This document shows positions 8,929 through 20,710 of a DNA stretch of 64,000 nt, one piece after another (position 1 is the stretch's first letter; every line of letters begins with the position of its first letter). The translations under genes were made by a program, and so were the position numbers. Source of the DNA: an uncultured Gemmatimonadales bacterium (GTDB taxonomy: Bacteria > Gemmatimonadota > Gemmatimonadetes > Longimicrobiales > RSA9); contig CAWFKH010000001.1 of the NCBI GenBank assembly GCA_963816355.1, positions 576,001-640,000 of the forward strand. Reading direction: 5' to 3'. The notes below the pieces were generated by a model that saw only the letters and a program-made list of their open reading frames with translations, ran no database searches and had not been told where the DNA came from.

Positions 8929-11049
8929 CTACGGCGCCACCACCTCCGACCGGCGCGTCGCGACGCCGTCGCTGCAAAGCACCGTGAGCGGCGTGCCGGC
9001 CACGACGCCGGCGACGGCGGTCGCCGAGGCGGCGGCGGATGCGAGCACCACGCCGTCCGACGCCCGCACCACCACCACGCCGGCGGCGCCGGCCGGGCAC
9101 GCGGCGGTCACGACGCCCCCGGCGCTCGCCGCACTCACGGTAGCAGCCGGCAGCGCGCGCGCCGCCGCCCCGCCCCACGATCCGGTGAGCCGCCGCTCCC
9201 CCTCCGGCCCCTCCAGCCGCAGCGTCGCGAGCGAACCCTCCACCGAGGGCGTGAGCGGAATCGCGAGCGTGAAGTGCCCCATCCCCGGTGCGTGGTCAAT
9301 GGCGGCAGGCGCGAACGCGTAAGAGAAGAGCGTCCGCCCGTCCGCGGCGAGGCCGTCGAGCCGGTACGGACCCGGGCGCTCCGGCAGGGCCGGCTGCGCC
9401 GTCATCACGAACGCCGGCAGCAGGCGAAGCGGACCGCCGCGCACGACGCTGCCCCGGACGACCAGCACGCGCGTGCGCCCGGCGAGCGCAACGGAGCGCG
9501 CCGCTTCGCCCGCGGCACGACGGGCGCCGGGCGGCGGGCCCGCTCCGCCGGCCGCAGCGGTGACCGGCGGCTGCAGCGTGCCGCGGAACGCCATGACGCC
9601 GCGATAGGTGTACGTGCTCGCCCAGACCGGGAAGCAGTAGCCCATGACATCGCCGGTCGATTTCGGCACGAGCGCGGCCGAGGAGGCACGGCCGGTCGAC
9701 CACGAGTACACGTCCTCGCCGGCCACGTCGAGCGTGCCGCCCGCCACCGGGTAGTCCGGATCGACGCCGCCCGCGTCGCCGCACGGCGCGTGGTGCCGGC
9801 CGAAGGTGTGCGACAGCTCGTGCGCCACGAGATCCCGCGCCTGCGTGGGCCGCGAGAACCAGGCGATCTGGACGCTCAGGGAGGTGCGCGTGTTCGGCCC
9901 CGCGTCGGCGCCCGAGGTCGGGATGTAGGAGAAGCCGCCGTACTGCGTGAAGTTGAAGCTGCTCGGCGGCTGCACGATCCCGTACCAGTTGGCGTCCGGC
10001 TCGGTCGGATCCGAGATGCGCGCGAGGTCGAGCTCGGCGAGGACCTGCAGCCAGAACGGGGCGTCGCCGCCGGAGGTGCCGGTTCCGAAGCTCGCGCTCG
10101 TGGTGAGCGGCGTGCCGAGGTGTGCCTCCACCGCGCCCAGCGGCAGGATGCTCTTCGCCGTCCGCAGGTACTCCGGGATGTCCGCCGTCGTCACCCGCCC
10201 CGTCGTGTTGTCGTGGGCCGACAGCACGATCGGCACGAATCGGATGCGCAGCGCCGGCACGGCGACGGCGGCGAGCGGCGCGGGCGCGTCGCGCGGATAG
10301 ACATCGTCGTCCGCGGAACCGTCGGGGAACGCGCCGTCCGGGTCCCTCTCGATCCGCCAGCTCGACCCGGGGCCCACGACGGCGACGGGCACGAGGAACT
10401 GCGCGCTGGGATGGTCGAAGTCGGGCGCGGCGCCGAGCGGCCCCAGCAGACCCGCGGTGTCCGCGTACACCGTCGCGCCCGCCGCGTCCGTGAGGCGGAG
10501 CACGAGCCGCATCGGCAGCGCGGCAGGGGCGGTCGCGCTCAGGAGCACGTCGAATACGACGTCGTCGCCCGAGAGCACGACCGGGATCGAGCCGTCCGCG
10601 GACTGCACGCCCTGCGTGTAGCGCGCACCGACGATCGCGTAGTCGAGCGGACCCGGCGCCGCGACGACGACGACCGCCGTGCCGGAGCGGCCCTCGCTCC
10701 TCGCGGTGATCACGGCGCGGCCGACGGCGGCCGCGCTGACGAGGCCGGTCGCGGACACGTCCACGGCGGCCGGGTTCGCGCTCGACCAGGTGACGCTCCG
10801 TCCGCTCAGCGGCTTGCCGTCGGCGTCGAGGACGGAGGCGGAGAGCTGCGCGGTGCCGCCTGGCGCGAGGTCGACCGAATCGGGCGCGACGACGACCGCT
10901 GTGACCACCTCCGTGGGCCCGGTCCCGTCGCCGCCACCGCCGCACGAGGCGGCGGCGATCGGCGCCAGCAGCGCCGCGACGAGCGCGGTGCGCCGGACCG
11001 TACGCGCGGGCCGGGGCGCCGTGGCACGGCGGCGCTCCGCGATGCGCAC
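8929..11049 (-). CDS. Lipoprotein with Ig-like (Big_2) domain and metzincin (M66-like) metallopeptidase domain
   Basis: Lipobox-like AAASC-GGGG; VTWSSANPAAVDVSATGLV; HELSHTFGRHH (HExxHxxGxxH) and DVMGYC Met-turn; GTG start inferred. Confidence 0.75.
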   Translation of the reverse strand: MRIAERRRATAPRPARTVRRTALVAALLAPIAAASCGGGGDGTGPTEVVTAVVVAPDSVDLAPGGTAQLSASVLDADGKPLSGRSVTWSSANPAAVDVSATGLVSAAAVGRAVITARSEGRSGTAVVVVAAPGPLDYAIVGARYTQGVQSADGSIPVVLSGDDVVFDVLLSATAPAALPMRLVLRLTDAAGATVYADTAGLLGPLGAAPDFDHPSAQFLVPVAVVGPGSSWRIERDPDGAFPDGSADDDVYPRDAPAPLAAVAVPALRIRFVPIVLSAHDNTTGRVTTADIPEYLRTAKSILPLGAVEAHLGTPLTTSASFGTGTSGGDAPFWLQVLAELDLARISDPTEPDANWYGIVQPPSSFNFTQYGGFSYIPTSGADAGPNTRTSLSVQIAWFSRPTQARDLVAHELSHTFGRHHAPCGDAGGVDPDYPVAGGTLDVAGEDVYSWSTGRASSAALVPKSTGDVMGYCFPVWASTYTYRGVMAFRGTLQPPVTAAAGGAGPPPGARRAAGEAARSVALAGRTRVLVVRGSVVRGGPLRLLPAFVMTAQPALPERPGPYRLDGLAADGRTLFSYAFAPAAIDHAPGMGHFTLAIPLTPSVEGSLATLRLEGPEGERRLTGSWGGAAARALPAATVSAASAGGVVTAACPAGAAGVVVVRASDGVVLASAAASATAVAGVVAGTPLTVLCSDGVATRRSEVVAP

Positions 11050-11057
11050 CTCTCTGC

Positions 11058-12371
11058 CTACGGAGCGCCGGCCTCGCGGGCGGCGCACCCGCGGAGCCCG
11101 GCGAAGAGCCGCTCGAAGTGCTCCGGCTCGTGCGCCGCGGTGGCGCACAGGCGGAGGCGGGCCTGGCCGGGCGAGACGGCCGGGAAGGTGACGGCGGAGA
11201 CGAAGACGTTTTCGGCGAGGAGCTGCCGTGCCCAACGGTAGGCGCGCCACTCGTCGCCCAGGATGAGCGGCACGACCGGCGACTCGGAGCGGCCGCAGTC
11301 GAAGCCGAGCGCGCGCACACCCTCCTTGAGGCGGCGCGCGTTTTCGTGCAGGCGCGGCATGCGCTGCGGCTCGTCGTCCACGATGCGCAGCGCCTCGAGC
11401 ACCGCCGCGGCGTTCGGCGGCGTCAGCGCGGCGGAGAAGATGTAGGGCGCCGAGCCGTGCTGGATGTAGACCTTCAGCGCGGGCGAGCCGGCGACGAATC
11501 CGCCGGAGGAGGGGATCGCCTTCGACAGCGAGCCGGTGAGGATGTCGACGCCATCCGGATCGACGCCCTGCTCCTCGCAGATGCCGCGGCCGGTGGCGCC
11601 GATCGCGCCGAGCGAGTGCGCCTCGTCGACGAGGAGGAATGCGTCGAACTCGCGCTTGATGTCGACGAGGTCGGCGAGTGGCGCCTGATCGCCGTCCATC
11701 GAGAAGACGGCGTCGACCGCGATGAGGACGCGCTCGGCGCCGCGGCTGCGCGCCTGCCGCAGCCGGCGCCGCAGGTCCTCCATGTCGTTGTGCCGGAAGC
11801 GCCGGTTCTTGCACCCGGCCATGCGCACGCCGTCCTGGATGCTCTGGTGCGCGTACTGGTCGAGGATGACGTGGTCGTCCGGGCCGAACAGCGCCGTGAT
11901 CGCGGCGATGTTCGCGTCGTAACCGGAGGCGAAGGTGGCGGCGGCGGGACGCCGCAGGAACGCCGCCAGCTCGCGCTCCAGCTCGAGGTGGAGCTCGAGC
12001 GTGCCGGTGAGCAGGCGCACCCCCCCGGTCGAGGTGCCGTAGCGCGCCACCGCCTCGCCCACCGCGCGCTCGATGCGCGGATGCCCGATCAGGCCGAGGT
12101 AGGAATAGGTCGAGAACATCACGATGTCGTGACCGAGCGCGCCGGACTCCGGCCCCGCGCGGCGGGCGAGCGGGAGCTGGAACGTATAGAGCGACTCCGG
12201 CAGGCCGGTGCGGAAGATCTCGAACCAGCGCCGCACCGGCGCGTGGTCGAGCAGCGAGCCGGGCGCGATCAGCTCGTCCGGATGGCATCCCTCGAAGAGG
12301 CGGTCGAACGGGTCGCGCGTGTAGCGCTGCAGCGCGTCCGGCCCGCGCTCCTCCATCGGCTCGCCGCTCAT
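11058..12371 (-). CDS. PLP-dependent alpha-oxoamine synthase (BioF/serine palmitoyltransferase family)
   Basis: STYSYLGL, GVRLLTGT, FRHND, VFSMDGD, VDEAHSLG, GSLSKA. Confidence 0.85.
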   Translation of the reverse strand: MSGEPMEERGPDALQRYTRDPFDRLFEGCHPDELIAPGSLLDHAPVRRWFEIFRTGLPESLYTFQLPLARRAGPESGALGHDIVMFSTYSYLGLIGHPRIERAVGEAVARYGTSTGGVRLLTGTLELHLELERELAAFLRRPAAATFASGYDANIAAITALFGPDDHVILDQYAHQSIQDGVRMAGCKNRRFRHNDMEDLRRRLRQARSRGAERVLIAVDAVFSMDGDQAPLADLVDIKREFDAFLLVDEAHSLGAIGATGRGICEEQGVDPDGVDILTGSLSKAIPSSGGFVAGSPALKVYIQHGSAPYIFSAALTPPNAAAVLEALRIVDDEPQRMPRLHENARRLKEGVRALGFDCGRSESPVVPLILGDEWRAYRWARQLLAENVFVSAVTFPAVSPGQARLRLCATAAHEPEHFERLFAGLRGCAAREAGAP

Positions 12372-12372
12372 C

Positions 12373-13599
12373 TCACTCGCCGGGACGGAAGACGACCTTG
12401 ACCGATCCGTGGCGGCTCTTGTCGAGGGCCGCTGCGAGCGCTGCACGATACTCCTCCAGGCGGAAGACGTGGGTGACCATCTCGAGGTCCGCGATCCCAT
12501 CCGAGCGCAACAGCTCCAGCGCCGCGTCGTAAATGTCGCGCCTCTCGCCCCGGAACGGTACCGGGCCGTAGGCGAAGACGCCCGCGACCGCGATGTTGCG
12601 GATCACCAGCCGCGTCCAGTCCGCCGACCGCTTCGCCGTCGAGCCGACGACGACGATGCGGCCGCCCGCGGCGGTGAGCGCGAGCGCGTCGCGCAGCGTA
12701 GCGTTCGAAGCCACGGTGTCGTAGACGAGTGACGGGCCGCCCTCCACGAAGCGGGGCCCCAGCGTCGGATCGTAGGCGCGCGCGCCCGGCAGCGATGCGG
12801 ACCAGCGGTACAACTCGTCCGAGGAGCGGAAGACGCGGTCCGCGCCTGCGCTCTCCGCGCGCCGGTTCTGGAAATCGTAGCGGCCGAGCACGGAGAGCTC
12901 GCCCCGCCACCCCGTCAGTCGCAGCGCGCGCACCGTGAGCAGGCCGATCGTGCCCGCCCCCAGCACCACCACGCGGTCGCCGTCGCCGGGCGGATGGAGC
13001 AGGACCGGGCGCAGCGCGGAGACGAACGGGTCGAGCAGGACGGCGACGTCGTCGGGCAGCTCCGCGGGGTCCGGGAGCCGCCGCAGCTGGCTGCGGTGCG
13101 CGACGAGCGAGCCGGACCAGCCGCCGCCGGTGTCGGCGCAGTAGCCGATCATGAAGCCGGGGCTCAGCGCGCCGCTCGTCGTGTTCGTGCAGAGACCGTA
13201 CTCACCCGCCTCGCACGCCGCGCAGGGCGGAGAGATGGCACGCTGCGCGCACGCCAGCATCGGCGAGATCGCGACGCGGTCGTACGCGTTCCACGCGCGC
13301 GCCTCCGCCCCCGCTTCCTCGACCACGCCGACGATCTCGTGGCCGAACGTGAAGGGATAGGTCTGGAACGGCTCGAGGATGAGCGAATCGTGGGCCGTGA
13401 CGGCGGCGAGGTCGCTGCCGCAGATGCCACAGATGGTCGGCCGCACGCGCACCCACTCCGGTCCCGGCAGCGGCGGCGGCTCGACGTGGTCCAGCGACAC
13501 GAAGCCGAGCGGCCCGAGCGGCAGGCCGGGCCGGCCGCGGCTCAGGTAGCGGCTGAGAAGATAGCGGACGGGACGGTAGTGCAGTCGGATCGCGCGCAC
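12373..13599 (-). CDS. Zinc-binding (MDR) dehydrogenase
   Basis: GICGSD, GHEIVG, structural Zn Cys cluster, GAGTIG; GTG start inferred. Confidence 0.85.
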   Translation of the reverse strand: MRAIRLHYRPVRYLLSRYLSRGRPGLPLGPLGFVSLDHVEPPPLPGPEWVRVRPTICGICGSDLAAVTAHDSLILEPFQTYPFTFGHEIVGVVEEAGAEARAWNAYDRVAISPMLACAQRAISPPCAACEAGEYGLCTNTTSGALSPGFMIGYCADTGGGWSGSLVAHRSQLRRLPDPAELPDDVAVLLDPFVSALRPVLLHPPGDGDRVVVLGAGTIGLLTVRALRLTGWRGELSVLGRYDFQNRRAESAGADRVFRSSDELYRWSASLPGARAYDPTLGPRFVEGGPSLVYDTVASNATLRDALALTAAGGRIVVVGSTAKRSADWTRLVIRNIAVAGVFAYGPVPFRGERRDIYDAALELLRSDGIADLEMVTHVFRLEEYRAALAAALDKSRHGSVKVVFRPGE

Positions 13600-13840
13600 G
13601 GCCGCTCCGAAAGGGTGTTCGATCGCGGGGCGCCTGCCTCGTCCGGCCGCGGCGCCGCAGGCTCGGGGAGGCTGCAAGGTACGCGCACAGGCAACGCGAC
13701 GCGAGGGTGGAGCGCGCGGAAGGGGTTCGCGGCGCCGCGGAGCGGGTCCGGCCCGGCGGAGGCGCTCGCGGCGCTTCTCGGCCCGCGCGGGGCGGTGTTC
13801 GCGACGCCCGCCGGCTGCGCGGTGAGGCGTGGTTCAAGCA

Positions 13841-14062
13841 TTTCACGCGGAGGGCGCGGAGGGCGTGGTGGTGATTCGCGGCGTGGGCGGCTTCGCGGCG
13901 TGCCGAGGCCGTTTCGCCCGGAAGCTGCCGTCTTCTTTGTGGCTTCGACGCGCCGAGCCCGCTACGAGGCGAGTAGCCACCCACAAGTTGAAATGGTTGC
14001 TGTGTGTCGAGCCCGCGTCGCGCCGGCCGCCCCTCCGCGACCCCCGCGGCCTCCGCGTGAAA
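13841..14062. mobile_element. MITE-like non-coding element, copy A of a dispersed repeat family
   Basis: Perfect 13-bp TIR TTTCACGCGGAGG (13841-53) / CCTCCGCGTGAAA (14050-62); interior homologous to 58373-58624. Confidence 0.6.
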
Positions 14063-14200
14063 ACAGAATCCGATGATTCCAGCACCAGCCGGAAGCGGCG
14101 CACGCCGGTGAGCCGGCCGCGCACGCTCCGCGCCCACCGCGCCCGTGGCCCTGCTCCGAGCCTGCTTGTCGCGCTCCGCCGCGCCCTCTACGTTTCGCGG

Positions 14201-14797
14201 ATGCCGCCCGAACCCCTCTCCTCCGCGTCCTCGCCGACGCTGCCGCCCGGCATCAGCCGGCGCGGCTTCCTCCGCGATGTGACCGGCGGTGCCGCGATGA
14301 TCGCGGTCGCCTCCGTGTTGCCGCCGGGACGCGCGCGCGACTACCCGCAGGCGGCGCAGGACGGCGCGCGGCTGTACGCGCTCTCGGCGCGCCAGTATGC
14401 GACGGCGCGGGCGGCGGCGGAGGCGCTGCTGGTGGAGGTGCCGGTGCCGGCGTCGCGCGTTGCGGAGCGGATCGACCGCGAGGTGGCGCTGGTGGGCGAC
14501 CCGGTGCGTTCCGACGTGCGCACCGTCCTCACGGTGCTCGACCACGCCACGATCCTCGGCGGGCACCTGCGGCCGTTCACCGCGCTCTCGCCCGCGGAGC
14601 GGCGCGACTACATGCGCGGCTGGGCGACGTCGCGCTTCGATCTGCGACGCGCGGTCTTCCAGGCCACGCGCGCGTTTGTCTACTTCTACGCGTACATCGA
14701 CGACGCGACGCGCCGCATCACCGGCTTCGAAGGGCCGTGGCCGGAGCGCTTCCCCGGCATCCCGGCGACGCCGGTCGACTTCGGGGAGGTCACGTGA
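14201..14797 (+). CDS. Tat-exported gluconate 2-dehydrogenase subunit 3-like protein
   Basis: SRRGFL twin-arginine motif; FTALSPAERR; precedes a GMC flavoprotein. Confidence 0.75.
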   Translation: MPPEPLSSASSPTLPPGISRRGFLRDVTGGAAMIAVASVLPPGRARDYPQAAQDGARLYALSARQYATARAAAEALLVEVPVPASRVAERIDREVALVGDPVRSDVRTVLTVLDHATILGGHLRPFTALSPAERRDYMRGWATSRFDLRRAVFQATRAFVYFYAYIDDATRRITGFEGPWPERFPGIPATPVDFGEVT

Positions 14798-16341
14798 TCG
14801 TCCAGGGGACGGAGCGGAGCGGCGCCGACATCCGCGAGCGCGCGGACGTCGTCGTGGTGGGCACGGGCGCCGGCGGCGGCACGCTCGGCGCCTACCTCGC
14901 CGAGCGTGGGTGGGACGTGGTGATGCTGGAGAAGGGCGGCTTCTTCCGCGCGCAGGACTTCACGCAGCGGGAGGAGGACGCGATGGGCGACTTCAACGGT
15001 CGCCGCGGCATGGACGCGTCGAAGGACAACTCGATCTTCCTGAACTACGCGGAGGCGGTGGGCGGCTGCACGGTCCACTACTGGGGCGACTGCCTGCGCA
15101 CGCCGCCGGACCGGCTGGCGTGGTGGCGCACCTCGCGCGGCCTCGACTGGATGACGCCCGAGGTGCTCGACCCGCACTGGGACGCGATCTGGCGGGAGCT
15201 GGGGATCCATCCCGCCGAGGAGCGGCTCTTCAATGAGAACAACCGCCTCGTGCGCAAGGGCTGCGAGGCGCTCGGCGTGGACGGCGAGACGACCGACACC
15301 GCGCGCGTCGACTGCGTCGCGTGCGGCTGGACGCAGTTCGGCTGCGCGTACAACCGCAAGTCGTCGCAGCTCATCACGACGATCCCGCGCGTCAGCCGCG
15401 CGGGCGGCCGCATCTACAGCGACGCGCACGTGCGGCGCATCGGGATCGAGGGCGGTCGCGCGACGGGCGTGGAAGGCGACGTCGTCGACCGCCGCACGAA
15501 GCGCGCGATCGGCCGGTTCCGCGTGGACGCCCCGGTGGTGGTGCTGGCGGGCGGCTCGCTCGGCACCGCGGACCTGCTGCTGCGCAGCGTGCGCGATCCG
15601 ACGGTGGGCCGGCGCCTTTACATCAATCCGCACTACTGGGTGTTCGCGGACTTCGGCCGCCGCATCGAGAACACGACCGGCATCCCATGCGCGTACATCG
15701 TGCACGAGTGGCGCCGCAAGGTGGTCGACGCGAAGGGGGACTACGTGCGCGGCGGCTACATCATGCTGTGCAGCCACCAGAGCCCCGGCATCACCGCGGC
15801 GCAGATGAGCGCGATCGGCGCGGACCACACGCGCCTCATGCGCAACTATCACCAGTACGGCTCCGTGATGTCCGTGATCGACGAGGACAACCCGGGCCGC
15901 GTCTACCTCGACGGCGATGGCCACCGCCGCGTCGACTACCAGGTGCGCGGCGACGACCTGCTCAAGGCCGTCGACTACCTGCGCAACGCGTCGCGCATCT
16001 TCCTCGCCGCCGGGGCGAAGGAGGTGGTCGTGCCGGACGTCTACGGCACCGTCGTGCGGAGCGAGGCGGACGTGCGCGCGAAGATCGGGGCGCGCTCGGT
16101 GCAGCCGAACGCGCAGTTCACCGCCGGCAGCCACCTGCTCGGCACCGCCCCGCTCGGGGCGGACCCGGACGACGCCTTCGCCGGACCCACCGGCGAGGCG
16201 CACCGCGTGAAGGGACTCTACGTGGCGGATGGCGCCGCGGTCCCCACCTCCGTCTCCGTCGACCCGTCGATCACCATCATGGGCGTCGCGCGCCACATCG
16301 CGCAGGGTCTGCACGAGCGGCGCGGGCGCGCGGGAAGCTGA
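14794..16341 (+). CDS. GMC family oxidoreductase
   Basis: VVVGTGAGG, LEKG, AVGGCTV, CxxCGxxxxGC, HLLGT, GLYVADGAAVPTSVSVDPSITI; GTGA overlap. Confidence 0.9.
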   Translation: MIVQGTERSGADIRERADVVVVGTGAGGGTLGAYLAERGWDVVMLEKGGFFRAQDFTQREEDAMGDFNGRRGMDASKDNSIFLNYAEAVGGCTVHYWGDCLRTPPDRLAWWRTSRGLDWMTPEVLDPHWDAIWRELGIHPAEERLFNENNRLVRKGCEALGVDGETTDTARVDCVACGWTQFGCAYNRKSSQLITTIPRVSRAGGRIYSDAHVRRIGIEGGRATGVEGDVVDRRTKRAIGRFRVDAPVVVLAGGSLGTADLLLRSVRDPTVGRRLYINPHYWVFADFGRRIENTTGIPCAYIVHEWRRKVVDAKGDYVRGGYIMLCSHQSPGITAAQMSAIGADHTRLMRNYHQYGSVMSVIDEDNPGRVYLDGDGHRRVDYQVRGDDLLKAVDYLRNASRIFLAAGAKEVVVPDVYGTVVRSEADVRAKIGARSVQPNAQFTAGSHLLGTAPLGADPDDAFAGPTGEAHRVKGLYVADGAAVPTSVSVDPSITIMGVARHIAQGLHERRGRAGS

Positions 16342-17120
16342 GCGCGCCGGACGCGGCCTACCCGACGGCGCCGCCGGACGCGGCGCTCGAAGCGCTGCTC
16401 GATCGCTACGCGCCCTTCTCGCCCGCTCCGCTCTGCCCGGAGCTGCGCGTCTTCACAGGCAGGGACCTCGTCGTGCTGTGGGAGGCGGCGGAGGCGCTCG
16501 CCGGGCGGCCGCTCCCCTCGCCGTTCTGGGCCTACCCGTGGCCGGGCGGCGCCGCCCTCGCGCGGCTGCTGCTCGACGCGCCGGCGCGCGTGCGCGGCCG
16601 CCGCGTGCTCGAGATCGGCTGCGGCGGCGGCATGGCGGCGCTCGCGGCTGCGCGGTGCGGTGCGGCGCGCGTCGTGGCGAACGACGTCGACCCGTGGGCG
16701 CTCGCGGTCGCCGGCATCGCCGCGCGCCGACAGGAGCTGCGGCTCGAGACGCTGCAGGCGGACCTCGCGGCGGAGGGCGCGTGGCCGCCGGCGTGCGGCG
16801 GCCCGCGTGAGGCGACGGCCGGCGCCCGCCGCGTGAGCGGAGCGGCGTGCGGCGTCGGCGAGGCGGCGGCGTTCGAGGTGGTGCTGTGCGGCGACGTCGC
16901 CTACGAGCGGGCCGGGGCGCCGCGCGTGCGTGCCCTGCTGGCGGCGGCGCTCGCGGCCGGGGCGGAGGTCCTGCTTGCCGATCCGGGGCGTCGCTACTTC
17001 GACGCGCGCGGACTGCGCGAGGTCGCGTGCTGGACGGTCGGGGTGCCGCGCGATCTGGAGGGCACGGAGCGGCGGACGGCGAGAGTCTACGAGCTCCTGC
17101 GGGGCGATGAGCCGGTGTAG
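16338..17120 (+). CDS. Class I SAM-dependent protein (lysine) methyltransferase, ETFB-KMT/PrmA-like; probable CTG start
   Basis: PFWAYPWPGGAALAR, VLEIGCGGG, NDVDP, GDVAYE, ADPGR. Confidence 0.8.
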   Translation: MSAPDAAYPTAPPDAALEALLDRYAPFSPAPLCPELRVFTGRDLVVLWEAAEALAGRPLPSPFWAYPWPGGAALARLLLDAPARVRGRRVLEIGCGGGMAALAAARCGAARVVANDVDPWALAVAGIAARRQELRLETLQADLAAEGAWPPACGGPREATAGARRVSGAACGVGEAAAFEVVLCGDVAYERAGAPRVRALLAAALAAGAEVLLADPGRRYFDARGLREVACWTVGVPRDLEGTERRTARVYELLRGDEPV

Positions 17121-17133
17121 GCGGCCGCGCGCC

Positions 17134-18129
17134 TCAAGCCTTCATCGGCCCGAACTTCTCGGGCGTGCCGGCGCCGGTGCCGGGAAGCATCTGCTTGAGG
17201 CGGGGCAGGTCGATGTTGCCGCCGCTGAGCACGGCGACGACGCACGCATCCTCGGGCGCGTCGATGCGGCCGGCGAGCAGCGCGGCGACCGCGGCGGCGC
17301 CGGCGGGCTCGAGCATCAGCTTGCCGCGCTCGAGCGCGAAGATGATCGCTTCGGTCAGCTCCTCGTCGCTGACGAGCACGATTTCGTCGACGAGCGCGCG
17401 GATGTGCTCGAGCGCGATCGGGCCGGTGTGCGGTGTGGCGAGGCCGTCGGCGATCGTCTGCACGGTGTCGAGGTCGACCGCCTCGCCGGCGCGCAGCGCG
17501 GCCGTGACGCACGCCGCCCCGGTCGGCTCCACGCCGACGACGCGCGTGCGCGGGCGCAACCGCTTGATCACCGTGGCGATGCCGGAGATGAGGCCGCCGC
17601 CGCCGACCGGCACGACGACGATGTCCGGCTCGGGCAGGTCGTCGAGGATCTCGAGGCCGACGGTGCCCTGGCCGGCGATGACCGCCTCGTCCTCGAACGG
17701 GTGGACGAAGACGAGGCCGCGCTCGAGGCGCAGCTCCTCGCAGCGGTCGAAGGCGTCGAATACGGTGCCGTGGAGGACGACCTCGGCGCCGTAGCGGCGG
17801 CTCGCCTCGACCTTCGAGGTGGGCGCTGTCTCCGGCATGACCACGGTGCTGCGGATGCCCGCCTCCGTGGCCGCGAAGGCGACCGCCTGCGCGTGGTTGC
17901 CGGCGGAGACCGCGATGAGGCCGCGGGCCTTCTCGTCGTTCGTGAGGGAGCGCACCTTGTTCAGGGCGCCGCGCGCCTTGAAGGAGCCGGTGCGCTGCAG
18001 GCACTCCGCCTTGAGGAAGGCCCGGGTGCCGGTGCGTCTGCCGAGCGTGTTGGAGGTGAGGAGAGGCGTGTGGTGAACCCGGTCGACGATCGCCTCACGC
18101 GCCTCCCGAATGCGCTCCAGACTGACCAT
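17134..18129 (-). CDS. ilvA: Threonine ammonia-lyase (short form, no regulatory domain)
   Basis: LKAECLQRTGSFKARGA, SAGNHAQ, AGQGT, PVGGGGL, LSGGN. Confidence 0.9.
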   Translation of the reverse strand: MVSLERIREAREAIVDRVHHTPLLTSNTLGRRTGTRAFLKAECLQRTGSFKARGALNKVRSLTNDEKARGLIAVSAGNHAQAVAFAATEAGIRSTVVMPETAPTSKVEASRRYGAEVVLHGTVFDAFDRCEELRLERGLVFVHPFEDEAVIAGQGTVGLEILDDLPEPDIVVVPVGGGGLISGIATVIKRLRPRTRVVGVEPTGAACVTAALRAGEAVDLDTVQTIADGLATPHTGPIALEHIRALVDEIVLVSDEELTEAIIFALERGKLMLEPAGAAAVAALLAGRIDAPEDACVVAVLSGGNIDLPRLKQMLPGTGAGTPEKFGPMKA

Positions 18130-18268
18130 GCGGCTCCTTTGCGAGATCGACGCCCGCCGGGCGGGCGCAGAATGATGCGGGAGCCCGCAGAGGGGCGCAA
18201 GTTCAGCCGCTCTGCGGAACGATCCTTGCCCCCGCTCGGGGAGACCATGACTGCCGGCGAGCCGTACC

Positions 18269-20224
<1,956 letters not shown>

Positions 20225-20263
20225 GGGAGCACCGGGCCGCGCCGCAGGCCGTGCGGCGCGCGC

Positions 20264-20710
20264 TCAGCCCTCGCGCAGCTCGCGCCGGAACTCGTCCGTG
20301 ATGCGCTGCCGCCCCGCGAAGCCGGCCCGTTCCTCGTGCCACCACTCCACGCCCGCCTCGCCCAGCTTCCAGCACAGCAGCACCGTGCGGCAACGGTAGC
20401 GCCCGCGGAAGTCGATCAGACCGGTATCCAGCCCCTTGCACGTGCAGCCGACCTGCTCCAGCTCCGCAACGAACGCCTCGATGCGACGCGAATCCTCCTC
20501 CATCGCGTCGCGCAGCGCGGCGGCGCGCCGCACGGCGCCGTCGTCCTCCGGCTCGCGCCGCAGGATCGCGTTCAGCTCGCGCCCGCGCTCCTGCAGCTCC
20601 GCGTAGCGGTCGACGGCATCGGACAGGATGCGCCGCACGAGCGGGAGCGTGCGCTCCGCCTCCTCGACCGTGAAGAAGCGCGTCGAGGCCGGCTCGCGAC
20701 GCGTCGTCAC
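20264..20710 (-). CDS. DUF2203 domain protein
   Basis: RFFTVEEAERTLPLVRRI...KGLDTGLIDF...LCWKLGE...WWH...GFAGRQ; GTGA overlap with upstream gene. Confidence 0.85.
   Translation of the reverse strand: MTTRREPASTRFFTVEEAERTLPLVRRILSDAVDRYAELQERGRELNAILRREPEDDGAVRRAAALRDAMEEDSRRIEAFVAELEQVGCTCKGLDTGLIDFRGRYRCRTVLLCWKLGEAGVEWWHEERAGFAGRQRITDEFRRELREG

Noticed and set aside
13841..14062. Possible riboswitch (e.g. cobalamin) or small ORFs in the repeat family
   Set aside because: No ordered riboswitch consensus could be traced. The ORFs across the copies lack a common start, length or RBS.
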